Shown piece after piece: positions 40,414-51,387 of a DNA stretch of 64,000 nucleotides. The DNA comes from an uncultured Thermococci archaeon (GTDB taxonomy: Archaea > Methanobacteriota_B > Thermococci > Methanofastidiosales > B48-G16), in assembly GCA_964595645.1 (NCBI GenBank), contig CAZQQT010000011.1, positions 28,400-92,399 of the forward strand, in the 5' to 3' direction. The translations under genes were made by a program, and so were the position numbers. The notes beneath the pieces are model-generated. The model ran no database searches, had not been told where the DNA came from, and saw only the letters and a list, made by a program, of their open reading frames with translations. Each line of letters begins with the position of its first letter. Within the stretch, counting starts at the first letter, position 1.

Positions 40414-41763
40414 TTAAAGATCGTGTTCTTCGATAAATTTATCGAGTATCGTATCAAAACTCGGTCCTTTCTCTTTAATTTCCTCGATCCGGTATCGTGC
40501 CCGCTCCGCCGCCTTATTCATAGTAATGAGATTCTTCATATCCATAGGGGTACCGTAAAGTATGGCATCGCACTTGACACTGTTGACCGTATCCTCAAGA
40601 TCCCTGAGCTGCTGCTCATTGTATCCCATTGCCGGAAGCACGTTTCCTATATGCGGGAACTCCTCAAAGACGCCTTTCATTGTCCCTTTCAAGAAGGGTC
40701 GTGGATCGACCGGTTCGGCGCCATACTTCTCGGCAGCAACGTAGCCCGCACCGAAGGGCATCTCACCGTGAGTGATTGTCGGTCCATCGTCAACGACGAG
40801 CACTTTTTTTCCTTCGATTATCTCTGGATTATCCACTTCCACCACGGAATTTGAGTAGACAATCTCAGCGCTTGGGTTCATCTCTTGTACAGTCTTCTCC
40901 AATGTTTCAACGTCCTTCTTTTTTGCCGAGTTCATCTTGTTCATGACGACAATGTCCGCCCGCCGCAGGTTTATCTGGCCTGGATAGTACCGTGTTTCAT
41001 GCCCTACTCGTAGAGGATCGACGAGAGTAATGTAGAGATCAGGAATGTAGAACGGGATCTCATTGTTTCCGCCGTCAAAATGGATGACATCTGGATTCTC
41101 CTTCTTCGCATCTTCCAAAATTTTTTCGTAGTCAACACCGGAGTATATCACGTGTCCTTTCTCTATATACTGTTCATACTCTTCTCTTTCTTCTACGGTA
41201 CAGTTATGTCTAACAAGATCTTCTTTCTCGGCAAATCTCATGGAGATCTGTTTACTGAGATCACCGTATGGCATGGGCTCTCTGATCGAGATAACATCCA
41301 ATCCTCTCTCTTTCAATATATCAACGATTTTTGTAGAAACTTGGCTCTTCCCGCAGCCTGTTCTTACAGCCGTGACAGAGGTGATGGGAACATCGGTCTC
41401 TATCATTGTATCATCGGGATCCGGAAGCACGTACTCTGCCCCTGCTGACTGTGCCCTCTGACCTACGTACACCACATGTTGTGCAGAAAGATCAGAATAT
41501 GCAATATATACGAGATCCACGTTGTGCTTCTTGATTAGCTCTTCAAGCATCGGCTCTGGATACATGGGGATGCCTTTGGGATACATATCTCCAGCGAGAA
41601 CTGGCGGATACCGCCGTGCTTCATCCGAGGTTGTACCCACATTCTGTTCCACAGCGTAGGTAAAGGCTACCACTTCGTAGTCTTCATTGTCTCGAAATTT
41701 TCGATTGAAAAGGTGGAAGTCCATTCCCAGTGCTCCAACTATTATAATCTTCTTTTTCTCCAT
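40414..41763 (-). CDS. Cyclic 2,3-diphosphoglycerate synthase-like P-loop NTPase (COG2403 type)
   Basis: RTGCGKS, PMPYG, EEREEYE, DGGNN, DGPT.THG and PAMGY motifs. Confidence 0.8.
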   Translation of the reverse strand: MEKKKIIIVGALGMDFHLFNRKFRDNEDYEVVAFTYAVEQNVGTTSDEARRYPPVLAGDMYPKGIPMYPEPMLEELIKKHNVDLVYIAYSDLSAQHVVYVGQRAQSAGAEYVLPDPDDTMIETDVPITSVTAVRTGCGKSQVSTKIVDILKERGLDVISIREPMPYGDLSKQISMRFAEKEDLVRHNCTVEEREEYEQYIEKGHVIYSGVDYEKILEDAKKENPDVIHFDGGNNEIPFYIPDLYITLVDPLRVGHETRYYPGQINLRRADIVVMNKMNSAKKKDVETLEKTVQEMNPSAEIVYSNSVVEVDNPEIIEGKKVLVVDDGPTITHGEMPFGAGYVAAEKYGAEPVDPRPFLKGTMKGVFEEFPHIGNVLPAMGYNEQQLRDLEDTVNSVKCDAILYGTPMDMKNLITMNKAAERARYRIEEIKEKGPSFDTILDKFIEEHDL

Positions 41764-41906
41764 CAGATCACCTTACCAGATATACCGGATGATACTTAAA
41801 AAGGTTTGCAACTTCCGAAACAACGCTTTCTACGTTCGCTACATGGTGTAATTTTGCAGTGGAAAAGTTTTTAAGCAACGAGGGAAAACTAAGGATAGGT
41901 GAAAAG

Positions 41907-43484
41907 ATGAAAAAGATAACTATTGTACTTATATGCTTTCTTATTCTTTCTGTAGGAAGTATAGAAAAAAAAGAGCTTTATACGACCAATGGGAAACAGA
42001 TCGTGGAAATCACGATGGATAAACAGCACGATCTCACGTTTGTTCTCGACGTCGAAACTGGAAAGGGGTATATTGATGGAGCCTACGATCTGGGGATAGA
42101 TATCACAAAATACAATCAGCGGGGTGTGTTCTACATCTGTAGCGATGACTCGTACGTGTATGTTGTCTCCAATGTTGATTTAAAAAATGTGATAGGAGGA
42201 ACAATGCCCACAACCATGATCGATGCAGAGTTCCTCACAACGGAGAAAAAAAACTTTTTAAACGCAAACGTTACAGTATCCAAAGAAATAAAGGAATTAA
42301 AAGAACTGAGTATTGAATCAAATATTTCAAAACAGATTAATATTAAGGTAGATGCGACTTTTTTGTATGAAGATAGTGTAGACATAAAAAACCTAACAGC
42401 AACAATAAAAAAAGAAAATAATACTCTTATCATCGATACAACGGGGACGGTAGCAGCGAAAGTTCCTGGGTTAGAATTAATGACAGTCTCGATGCTTGAA
42501 ACAGTACTTAAATCCCAGTACAATCTCGATGTGACCATCCACGAGTTTGCATACACAAATAATGGAATATCATTTGATGCATCGGTAACGATGAAAAAAG
42601 AGGATCTCGAAGGATATGGAGATCTTCTTGCAATACTGCACGATGGATTGATTGAAATGGGGAAAGAAGGGAAGTATTATACTCTGACAACGGATCTCAC
42701 ACTGGAATCCGAGGCCCCAAAGAAGATTGCCACATACATCGAGCAGTACACGGAGGGAGAAACGTCGTATGAAGAATATATTACTCGTCTCGAAGCGATA
42801 AAAGAGAGTGGGGCTGTATGGAGTTCAAAAGTGAAAGTAGACTGTAAAGACACTATCCAAGGAGATGTGGAGATGGAATTCCAAGACTTCGACAGCTACT
42901 ACAGAAAAGCAAGAGAGATGGGTGTGAATGTACGGCTGAACAAAGGGAAAATCGATGCAGAAATCAATAATAATGTAAAATCAGACATTGCCGTAAAATA
43001 TGAATCCCAATCCACCATAGAAGTTGCTGGGGAAGTAAAAGAAAAACTTTATATAAAGGGAAATCTTGATCTTGCTACAAAAGATATAAAGTCCCTAAAA
43101 GACGCAGGAATCACGTATGTTGCGTTTGACGGGAGAAAACTCTATATAGAGTTTGAAGATATAGAGAAAATAAAAAAAATACCCTTCATCGACCTACCGT
43201 TTCTGCAAGAACCGACAAAGATCGATCATTTCGAGCATATGGAGATAAAACAGGTGAGGGTAGAAAAACCAAGCGGTATAGATGATGAACTGGAGTACCT
43301 TGGGTTTGGGAAAGACAGAACACTGCTTATTGTAGGGGCGTTGATCGTATTGATTGTCGTAGGGAGTATTGCAGCGCTGTATCTACTTAAAAGGAAAGGA
43401 AAAGAAGAGAAATACTGTGAGTACTGTGGATTTAAACTAAAGGAAGGAGCTGAAGAGTGCCCCAACTGTGGAAAAAAAGTTTAA
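41907..43484 (+). CDS. Exported protein with C-terminal TM anchor and cytoplasmic zinc ribbon
   Basis: Signal peptide MKKITIVLIC; TM segment; C..CG........CP.CG. Confidence 0.7.
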   Translation: MKKITIVLICFLILSVGSIEKKELYTTNGKQIVEITMDKQHDLTFVLDVETGKGYIDGAYDLGIDITKYNQRGVFYICSDDSYVYVVSNVDLKNVIGGTMPTTMIDAEFLTTEKKNFLNANVTVSKEIKELKELSIESNISKQINIKVDATFLYEDSVDIKNLTATIKKENNTLIIDTTGTVAAKVPGLELMTVSMLETVLKSQYNLDVTIHEFAYTNNGISFDASVTMKKEDLEGYGDLLAILHDGLIEMGKEGKYYTLTTDLTLESEAPKKIATYIEQYTEGETSYEEYITRLEAIKESGAVWSSKVKVDCKDTIQGDVEMEFQDFDSYYRKAREMGVNVRLNKGKIDAEINNNVKSDIAVKYESQSTIEVAGEVKEKLYIKGNLDLATKDIKSLKDAGITYVAFDGRKLYIEFEDIEKIKKIPFIDLPFLQEPTKIDHFEHMEIKQVRVEKPSGIDDELEYLGFGKDRTLLIVGALIVLIVVGSIAALYLLKRKGKEEKYCEYCGFKLKEGAEECPNCGKKV

Positions 43485-44641
43485 TTATCTATTTCTTTCA
43501 TTTTTTCCTTTATAAATCTGAAAGCTTTATCAATGCCATCTGGGTTTGTTCCGCCAGCTTTCCCCATATGTTCACTTCCTCCGCCCCCACCTTCTAAAAA
43601 GCCTCCAATTTTTTTCATGACCTCCCCAATATCAATGGTTTCTACTTTTGAAAATCCAGCCACCATATTTGTCTTCCTATCGGCAAGGAACACAATAAGA
43701 TTCTCTCGATCGAACTTTTTTATAAGATTTTCTATATCCCTATCTTCGTATATTTCCATTATTAGTTTATAATCTCCTACTTTCTCTGCATTTTGTATGA
43801 TTTCTGGAATTTCGTACGTTGTCAGCTTTTCTTCTTTCTCCCGCAGTTCTTTCTTCAGTGATTCCCTCTCCTCCAGTATTTTTTTAATTTCCTCTGCGAT
43901 TGCTGTGGAGTTAAGGAGGTTCACGGCTTCTTTGAATGTGTGGAGTCTATTGCTGTAATCCCTCAGTGCTCTCCATCCGCAGACAAATTCTACCCGTGTA
44001 AACTCACCCTTTTTTCTGAAATTGGTGATCTTTATGATGCCTGTTTCACCGGTTGTGTGGAGATGCGTACCACCACAAGCGGTGAGATCGAAGTTGTCTA
44101 TCTCCACGACTCTCAGCTGCGCTATGCCTTCCGGTACCTTTCTCAGTCTTTCTGCAATGTCATCTCGAGGAGCAGTATATGTGTGTACCTTTCTATTTTC
44201 GAAGACTACCGTGTTTGAGAGATTTTCTACTCGTTCTATATCTTCTGCTGTATACTCGCCGACAACATCTATTGTATTGTGAGATTCACCAATGTGGAGA
44301 GATGTAGAACGTGCGTTTTCGCCAAATAACTCTATGAAACTCCGGGAGAGTATATGTTGGCCAGTATGCTGCTGCATGTGTTCGAATCGCCGCTGCCAGT
44401 CTATTGTCCCTTTCACCTTCGTTTCCTCGATGTTGCCTTCCACCACATGGACAATGTCCTCACCATCTTTGTACGCATCGAGGACTTTTTTTCCGTTGAG
44501 GTACCCACGATCCGCTGGTTGCCCTCCAGATAGAGGATAAAAACAGGTTTGATCAAGAATAACTTCATCTTCATTAGAGGAAATAACTTTCGCTTCAAAT
44601 TCTTTTCTGTATGGATCCGTCATATACAACTTTTTTGTCAT
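43481..44641 (-). CDS. AlaX-type alanyl-tRNA editing protein with DHHA1 domain
   Basis: FYP.SGGQP.D, QHTGQH, CGGTH and GGGGS motifs. Confidence 0.88.
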   Translation of the reverse strand: MTKKLYMTDPYRKEFEAKVISSNEDEVILDQTCFYPLSGGQPADRGYLNGKKVLDAYKDGEDIVHVVEGNIEETKVKGTIDWQRRFEHMQQHTGQHILSRSFIELFGENARSTSLHIGESHNTIDVVGEYTAEDIERVENLSNTVVFENRKVHTYTAPRDDIAERLRKVPEGIAQLRVVEIDNFDLTACGGTHLHTTGETGIIKITNFRKKGEFTRVEFVCGWRALRDYSNRLHTFKEAVNLLNSTAIAEEIKKILEERESLKKELREKEEKLTTYEIPEIIQNAEKVGDYKLIMEIYEDRDIENLIKKFDRENLIVFLADRKTNMVAGFSKVETIDIGEVMKKIGGFLEGGGGGSEHMGKAGGTNPDGIDKAFRFIKEKMKEIDN

Positions 44642-44754
44642 GTTGACAGTATCTCAGGGAAATTTAAAAACTTAATTTAAGCTACCTCTCCGATGAAAAA
44701 TATAGAAAAGAGGTATCTGCGGAATTATATGGTTAAAGTAACATTTTTAAAGAA

Positions 44755-46209
44755 ATGAAAACAACAGAATACATGCCTAAAGAAAAACTACCGCTTGATC
44801 CCTTCTGGAAGCTTCTCGCACGAAAACTCAGTGAAACATGTGAAAAATGTGGAAATTCTCGGTTGTACTCGGTATTTGACGCGTACATCTCTGAAAAAAG
44901 GCCGAACTGTATGGGCTGTTCGGCATTATATACACTTTCTCTCCCATTTATCAAGTACCTTTTCAATAAAACTAATATTGAAAAATCCCGTGTGAAGGCA
45001 CTACTGAGCGACACACTTGTGAGAAAAAGCATGCTCAACGTAGTGAGAGGTATCCACCACTTTGGAATACGAATACCACAACCCACCGCTGTTCCGACGG
45101 TAATCGTGTGGAACTACACTAACCACTGCAATCTCAACTGTCTCCACTGTCATCAAGACGCGGGGGAAGATGGGGAGGAAGAGCTCACCACAGGACAGCG
45201 ATTTGAGATTGTCGATAAAATATCTGATGCAGGAGTCTCCATTCTCACATTCTCGGGTGGTGAGCCGCTCGTTCAACCTGATATTTTCGATATCATCGCA
45301 TACGCGAATGAGAAGGGCCTTCTCTGTACAATCGCCTCCAACGGAACGTTAATGACAAAGGGTGTCGTTCAACAACTGAAGGAGTCTGGAATCACACGTG
45401 TTGAAATTGGACTTGACGGATGTAATGCAGAAACCCACGAATTCCTCAAAAACAGTCCCAACTGTTTTGATGCGACGATTCAAGGCATTAAAAACTGTGT
45501 GGAAGAAGAATTCGATGAGATATGTGCTACAATGACACTTCATTCCCAAAATGCAAACGGACTCTCCGAGACGATTACTCTAGCAGAGGAACTCGGGGTG
45601 GAAAGGTTCTACCTAAACAGACTCATTCCCGCAGGAAGAGGAAAGGATATTCCTGAGCTTGATGTCACAACAGAACAGAAAATTAAAGCATTGGAGTGTA
45701 TTTACGAAAAATTTTATCAGAGTGCGATCAATGGAGAGGGAATCCAGTGCTACGCACGGGGTATGACGTACTACGGAAGAATGGGCTATGAAAGATCGAA
45801 TGGCAGAGTCTTCACTGTCAGCGAAGCGCTGTCGGGGTACAGCAAAATGTGGACGGAAAAATTCGGTGACAGTATCTCCAAGCTCGTAAAGAAGTACGCC
45901 CCTTGGTTTGGAGGATGTTCTGCTGGGATCACCTACGCTGGCCTCACAGCGAGTGGTGATTTACTTCCCTGTGTACCTGCACCTATCCCTCTGGGAAATC
46001 TACTCCAAGAAGATCTGGAGGATCTCTGGGTCCACAACAAACTCCTCAACTATATACGCCAAAGAGATGAACTAAAAGGGGCGTGCGGAAGATGTTCCTA
46101 CAACTCACTGTGCGGCGGCTGTCGATATACTGCCTACGTCCTGAACGGAGACTGGTTAGAGGCCGATCCCAGCTGTCCCTTTGGACCGAGTGATAAGAAC
46201 TTCTCTTAA
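44755..46209 (+). CDS. Radical SAM/SPASM-domain protein
   Basis: CNLNCLHC, SGGEP, C.AG...PC and C..C.....CGGCR....DP.C motifs. Confidence 0.92.
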   Translation: MKTTEYMPKEKLPLDPFWKLLARKLSETCEKCGNSRLYSVFDAYISEKRPNCMGCSALYTLSLPFIKYLFNKTNIEKSRVKALLSDTLVRKSMLNVVRGIHHFGIRIPQPTAVPTVIVWNYTNHCNLNCLHCHQDAGEDGEEELTTGQRFEIVDKISDAGVSILTFSGGEPLVQPDIFDIIAYANEKGLLCTIASNGTLMTKGVVQQLKESGITRVEIGLDGCNAETHEFLKNSPNCFDATIQGIKNCVEEEFDEICATMTLHSQNANGLSETITLAEELGVERFYLNRLIPAGRGKDIPELDVTTEQKIKALECIYEKFYQSAINGEGIQCYARGMTYYGRMGYERSNGRVFTVSEALSGYSKMWTEKFGDSISKLVKKYAPWFGGCSAGITYAGLTASGDLLPCVPAPIPLGNLLQEDLEDLWVHNKLLNYIRQRDELKGACGRCSYNSLCGGCRYTAYVLNGDWLEADPSCPFGPSDKNFS

Positions 46210-46287
46210 TTTTACTTTTTTTCTCCCATAGATCATCTATATAAAGATTCTTTGTCTAATAAAGATATAGGAAGGAGAAACGATACC

Positions 46288-46956
46288 ATGACTACTGGTA
46301 TAAAAAAATCTATCTATTATTTTGATTTCTGTGGAGAAGAGAATACGAAGAAAGTACTGGAACTCTCAAAAACACGTGCGTCGGAAATGGGTATTAAAAA
46401 AGTAGTGGTGGCATCCGAAACGGGACTCAGTGGCTTAAAAGCAATTGAAGTACTCAAAGAGTTTGATATTATCGTTGTCACTTCTGCATTGGGGAATCGA
46501 GTAGAAAACACAGGGAGAGGAGATCTCACTGTCGGTATCACCGATGAAGCGATCTTTGATCGACTGAACACGCACTGTACCCTTGTGAGGGGCACGGATC
46601 CATTCCACAATATTAACGCCCCTTTCCGTGATATGACCACTGAAAAAATCATCAGGGCGATTCTGTCCTGTATTGCGTCAGGTATCGGTGTGTGCATACT
46701 CAGCGTATTAATGGCAACAGATCAGGGAGTATTAACGAAAGGTGAACGGGTGATTGCATGTGCTGGCTCCTTTGTGGGACTCGACACTGCGTGTGTCATT
46801 CGCGCATCGAACTCTGTGGATCTTTTCAAAGAAGACGGACTGGTAGTGGAGGAAATTATATGCAAGCCGCGGAATCCGAAACACGAATGGCCCATTGAAC
46901 AGAAAAGGTGGAAAGGCAATCTGGAGAAGTACAAGAAATTTATAGGGGGCGATTGA
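46288..46956 (+). CDS. Pyruvate-kinase C-terminal-like alpha/beta domain protein (COG1751 type)
   Basis: YF...G.ENT, VVAS.TG, MA.D.G, G.DTA and EIICKPR motifs. Confidence 0.8.
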   Translation: MTTGIKKSIYYFDFCGEENTKKVLELSKTRASEMGIKKVVVASETGLSGLKAIEVLKEFDIIVVTSALGNRVENTGRGDLTVGITDEAIFDRLNTHCTLVRGTDPFHNINAPFRDMTTEKIIRAILSCIASGIGVCILSVLMATDQGVLTKGERVIACAGSFVGLDTACVIRASNSVDLFKEDGLVVEEIICKPRNPKHEWPIEQKRWKGNLEKYKKFIGGD

Positions 46957-46958
46957 AT

Positions 46959-47750
46959 ATGGATCTAGAAAAGATATTGAATCATATCAAAAATAATGGA
47001 ATGACATTGGATGTATATAGGGTGGTTTATCTTTTTTATGGAAAAAGGAACGATGATATTCCTCTCCAAATGCTGTCAGAGAAACAAAACAAGGACGGTG
47101 GGTTTCCCTATACTTTCGAGAAGGGAAATGTGTCTGGGTTAAGTGAAACATCCGTTCAGTTCACTAGGTTGGACGAACTGGATCTGTTGAATTCCAAATC
47201 GGGAAAAGAATGGTAAAATATTTTATAAACAATCAGAAAAATAATGGACGATGGGGTGAGGGCCCAGAAATTTTGCAGTATGCTCCTCCACCATGGGATA
47301 CCCCCCGATCTAAAATCTGATATGTGACTGACTGCCCAGATTGCACTCGACGTGCTGGAGATGAGACATCAAAAAGAAGCTAGAAGGGCAGCTCAATTCC
47401 TTGCACAAAACAGAAAAAACGACGAACTGTTTGGCTACGAACTCACCACTGTCCTTGGTGCCTCACTCTTCTCACGTCTTGGAGAGAACACTCAGATAAA
47501 AAATATAGAGAAAAAAGCTCAAAAAATTATAGAAAAAGAGAAAGAACCAGCGTTTCTCAACTGGTACATTGAAACACTGGAAAGCTCTACACTTTCTTAC
47601 AAAGAAGCTCTCATAGAAAAATCTCTCGAGAAGCTGCAAAGGAAGTTAGAGGAGATAACATTCTCCGAAAGCGTCAATGGAGAACGATAGAACATTCCCA
47701 ACACCATCAGCTCGTTGAAACTACTAAGAAAGTATGATAAACTTGATTGA
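46959..47750 (+). pseudogene. Degenerate prenyltransferase/squalene-oxidase-repeat protein
   Basis: QNKDGGF and Q..NGRW motifs in different frames; frameshifts near 47210 and 47305; in-frame stops near 47325 and 47690. Confidence 0.65.
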
Positions 47751-47785
47751 GAAAAAAATAAAAAGATCTCACAAGAAATAAGTTC

Positions 47786-48556
47786 ATGATCGAACAGATT
47801 GACGATATCACAAAAATAACACTCCCATATTTCATGCTCCCAACAAACGTGTATCTCGTTGATGATCTTCTCATAGATACTGGATTTCCCCGAGGAGCAA
47901 AGAAAGCACTCAACCAGGTGCAAAAAAGAAAGATAACTAGCATTGTAAACACACATGGCCATATTGATCACATAGGCGGTAACGGCCTTCTACAAGAATA
48001 TTTCCACTGTAACATCTTTCTCCCTGCGAGAGAGCAAGAGTTCACAACACTCGAGAAAATCCTCTTTGGAAGACCGAAAAAGTTTTCATCAAGAAATCCT
48101 CCTAATACGATAGAAACAGAAAACCACACCTTCCATGTGATCGATACGCCGGGACATGCCAGCGATCACATCACGCTTTTCGAATCTCATAAAAAACTGG
48201 CATTCTCAGGGGATCTCGTACTCCACGGCGAGGCTCGCGAGGTATCACGAGAAGTTGAGATCTATAAAGCAATTGAATCACTGAAAAGGTTAAGAGCACT
48301 AAATCCGAAGATGATATTCCCGGGCCATGGAGCGGTTTTCCACGACCCTGCCATCCTAAATAAGAAGATCACATACTTAGAGGAACTCGGCGATCGGATC
48401 ATAGCACTCTATAATGAAGGAAAATCTCCACAAGAAATCGTGCAGATCGTGTTCGATGGGGAACAATTTCCGTATATGTTTATAAAGGATTATTTTTCTG
48501 CTGAAAATTTAGTAAGAGCATATATAAACAAGTCCCCAACAGTAAAAGAAAAATAA
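47786..48556 (+). CDS. Metallo-beta-lactamase-fold hydrolase
   Basis: THGHIDHIGG, TPGH, SGD and PGHG motifs. Confidence 0.9.
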   Translation: MIEQIDDITKITLPYFMLPTNVYLVDDLLIDTGFPRGAKKALNQVQKRKITSIVNTHGHIDHIGGNGLLQEYFHCNIFLPAREQEFTTLEKILFGRPKKFSSRNPPNTIETENHTFHVIDTPGHASDHITLFESHKKLAFSGDLVLHGEAREVSREVEIYKAIESLKRLRALNPKMIFPGHGAVFHDPAILNKKITYLEELGDRIIALYNEGKSPQEIVQIVFDGEQFPYMFIKDYFSAENLVRAYINKSPTVKEK

Positions 48557-48717
48557 ACAACTTGTCTGTTTTAGGTAACCGCTTATATGATAATTTGCTA
48601 TTATAATAGGGGCATACTATATAAATAATGGTTCAGAGTATTTTTACGTTAGGTTCAGTGACCAAAAGGAGGATCTAACGGATAAAAACTTCTAAAAAGA
48701 GAAAAGGAGGTTAAAAA

Positions 48718-48855
48718 ATGGCAAGTTTAACTTTAGTAGAGAACCTAGCTCTTTGGGGACCACCTATTCTTACAATTGTTGTAACTGTGTGGTACTTTTA
48801 CTATACAGGGAAAAAACAAACATTGCACGTGATGGGAGAAGGAGGTGAGAAATAA
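48718..48855 (+). CDS. 45-aa single-TM peptide, likely symporter accessory subunit (absent from the ORF track)
   Basis: MASLTLVENLALWGPPILTIVVTVWYFYYTGKKQTLHVMGEGGEK; AGGAGG RBS; TAATG overlap with putP. Confidence 0.65.
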   Translation: MASLTLVENLALWGPPILTIVVTVWYFYYTGKKQTLHVMGEGGEK

Positions 48856-50330
48856 TGGCATCAACAAGCGCAATTATTACTTTTGTTATCTACCTGATCG
48901 CTGTCTTTGGCATTGGAATATTTGGCTACTTTCTCACCAAAACCTTCGAAGACTTTGCCCTCGGCGGACGAAAAATGAAGGACTGGATCGTCGGTCTCAG
49001 TGCACAGGCATCTGACATGAGTATGTGGCTATTGGTAGGATTGCCCGCAACTGCGTATCTTATGGGACTCTCAGCCTTGTGGATCGGTGTTGGTATTATT
49101 GTTGGAACAGGATTCAACTGGTTCGTTCTTTCCAAAAGACTGCGCCGTTACAGTGGGATGCTGGAAAGTATGACTGTCTTAGACTTTTTAGAACAGCGAG
49201 TCAGAGATAACCTCGGTATAATAAAAATTATCGGTTCGATAAGCATGGTGATATTCTTTGCAATTGCTACTTCTGGTGAGTTTATTGGCTCCGGCAAAGT
49301 ACTAGATGCTACATTCGACATTCCTTTCACCACAGGAGTAATTATCGGTGGAATTGTTGTCCTTATGTACACCGTGTTAGGAGGTTTCATTGCAGTTTCT
49401 TTCACAGACGCATTGCAGGCGATGGTCATGGGGCTCACTGTGGTACTGCTCCCAATTGTAGGATTCCTTGGAATAAGCAGTCTGGGCACCGCATTTACAG
49501 ATCTTCACGCCGCCTCCGGTGCACCGTTAGGTGTATTCGGAGACTCTGTTGGCGCGAAAGCGTTGTTGGCCCTTATGGGTGGAACAGTCGGTATCGGTCT
49601 TGGATATCCGGGACAACCGCATATTAACGTACGATACATGAGCATTGACAAGCCGGAAAACCTTCGCAGATCCACACTCATCGGGATGATATGGGTAACG
49701 CTCGCCACTTATGGAGCAATATTCCTCGGATGGGCAGCCGGCTCGCATCTTGGTGCAATTGAAGTAACAGATCAGGTAATGCCGTTGCTCGCTGAAGAAC
49801 TCCTTCCTTCATGGGTAGTCGGAATCATGGTGGCCGGCGCCATGGCAGGAATGATGAGTACCAGCGACTCGAAGTTCCTCGTTGCAACGAACTGTATCTC
49901 GTACAATATCTACAAACGGTTCATCCACCCCGATGCGAGTGATAGAGAGATTCTTTGGATCTCCAGAGGATTAGTTGTCTTTATGGTAGCTATTGCAATG
50001 GCAATGGCACAACCAGAAGGTGTCGTCTTCAGTGTGATCCTCGGTGGGTGGGCAGGAATCGGTTCGTCCTTTGGACCGCTCATGATCGCTGCACTCTACT
50101 GGAAGCGACTGACAAAATGGGGAGCCTACGCCGGTGTGATCACTGGAATGGCCACTGTTGGACTATGGATCTTCTATGATATCGGATATATCTACGAACT
50201 GGTGCCCGGCTTTGTGTTCGCTGGACTCGCAATCATCATTGTAAGTTTGCTGACAAAGGCTCCAGGGAAAGAAGTGATAGAAGAATTCGAAACAGCGACA
50301 AAGGCACGAGGATTGAAAGTCAAAGAGTAA
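48855..50330 (+). CDS. putP: Sodium/proline symporter (SSS family)
   Basis: LSAQASDMS.WLL.GLP, GGF.AVS.TD, GYPGQPHI and MSTSDS motifs. Confidence 0.85.
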   Translation: MASTSAIITFVIYLIAVFGIGIFGYFLTKTFEDFALGGRKMKDWIVGLSAQASDMSMWLLVGLPATAYLMGLSALWIGVGIIVGTGFNWFVLSKRLRRYSGMLESMTVLDFLEQRVRDNLGIIKIIGSISMVIFFAIATSGEFIGSGKVLDATFDIPFTTGVIIGGIVVLMYTVLGGFIAVSFTDALQAMVMGLTVVLLPIVGFLGISSLGTAFTDLHAASGAPLGVFGDSVGAKALLALMGGTVGIGLGYPGQPHINVRYMSIDKPENLRRSTLIGMIWVTLATYGAIFLGWAAGSHLGAIEVTDQVMPLLAEELLPSWVVGIMVAGAMAGMMSTSDSKFLVATNCISYNIYKRFIHPDASDREILWISRGLVVFMVAIAMAMAQPEGVVFSVILGGWAGIGSSFGPLMIAALYWKRLTKWGAYAGVITGMATVGLWIFYDIGYIYELVPGFVFAGLAIIIVSLLTKAPGKEVIEEFETATKARGLKVKE

Positions 50331-50340
50331 AATAGATTTC

Positions 50341-50380
50341 AGGAGGGCTTTTTTGCCCCTTCTACCTTTTTTTATTTTTG
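50341..50380 (+). terminator. Hairpin + T-tract between convergent putP and pip
   Basis: AGGAGGGC-TTTTTT-GCCCCTTCT followed by TTTTTTTATTTTT. Confidence 0.5.
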
Positions 50381-50390
50381 GATTGTTCAG

Positions 50391-51296
50391 TTAGTCTATA
50401 TAGTTCCTTAAGAATCTATCAACAACACGATAATGTTCTTTTGGTTCGTCCCAGAGTGACATATGACTACTGTTGGTGAACTCATACAACTTGGCATTGG
50501 GGATCCTCTCTGCAATATCCTTCGCAATCTCAGGTGCTATTTCATCGTACCTCCCAGTTAGTACAAGCGTGGGAACTGTTATTTCATGTAATCGATCGCG
50601 CACATCCCATCCGCGAAGTCTCGCAGTATCCATTAATACATACTCATTTGGGCCCCACATTAGCCCATAGACATCTAAATTTGTGTTCTCAAGTGTATAA
50701 CTCACTTCCCGAGGAAAGGGGTCCGCACGACAGACATGTTTTTTATAAATCTTCATCAACACATTTTCGTATTCTGGGGAATCGAATGCTCTTCTAGCCT
50801 CGTAATGTTCTATTTTTTTACGATCCTCCGCTGACAACTCGTTTATCATATTTCGCATAGATTCATAAGCAGTTTTTGTATCAGCAAGAGTATTGGCGAG
50901 TATTAAACTTTTTACATGTTCCTGATAGGCGAGAACATACTCGAGTGCCAGCATGCCTCCCCACGATTGACCGTAAATGTGAATCTTACTTTTCCCAATT
51001 GCCTTCCTTACCTTCTCAACTTCCTCCCGATAGTGATCGACAGTGTATCTATCAAAATCTCCAGGGCTAGGACGATCTGATCTCCCTACTCCAAACTGAT
51101 CGTACAGGTACACAGTGAGATCATCTGATGCGTGGTCTGCCAAAGGCAGGAGGTAATCATGGGGCATTCCAGGACCGCCATGAAGTCCCAGTAACACTTC
51201 GTCTCCGTAACCAAATCGACGATAGAAGAGACTGTAATTATCTATCTCGAAAAATCCCTCACCGTGATCTTTTTCTAAATACTGATTTTTCGACAT
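50391..51296 (-). CDS. pip: Proline iminopeptidase (alpha/beta hydrolase)
   Basis: HGGPG, YDQ.G.G.S, GQSWGG, M.GP.E and SSH motifs. Confidence 0.9.
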   Translation of the reverse strand: MSKNQYLEKDHGEGFFEIDNYSLFYRRFGYGDEVLLGLHGGPGMPHDYLLPLADHASDDLTVYLYDQFGVGRSDRPSPGDFDRYTVDHYREEVEKVRKAIGKSKIHIYGQSWGGMLALEYVLAYQEHVKSLILANTLADTKTAYESMRNMINELSAEDRKKIEHYEARRAFDSPEYENVLMKIYKKHVCRADPFPREVSYTLENTNLDVYGLMWGPNEYVLMDTARLRGWDVRDRLHEITVPTLVLTGRYDEIAPEIAKDIAERIPNAKLYEFTNSSHMSLWDEPKEHYRVVDRFLRNYID

Positions 51297-51387
51297 AAAA
51301 TGCGTATTAAACACGATTATATAAAATTTTCGTTTTGATCGAAGATAAATTTTTAAATCAACAGAACCAGTATGTACTGGTGTAGCA

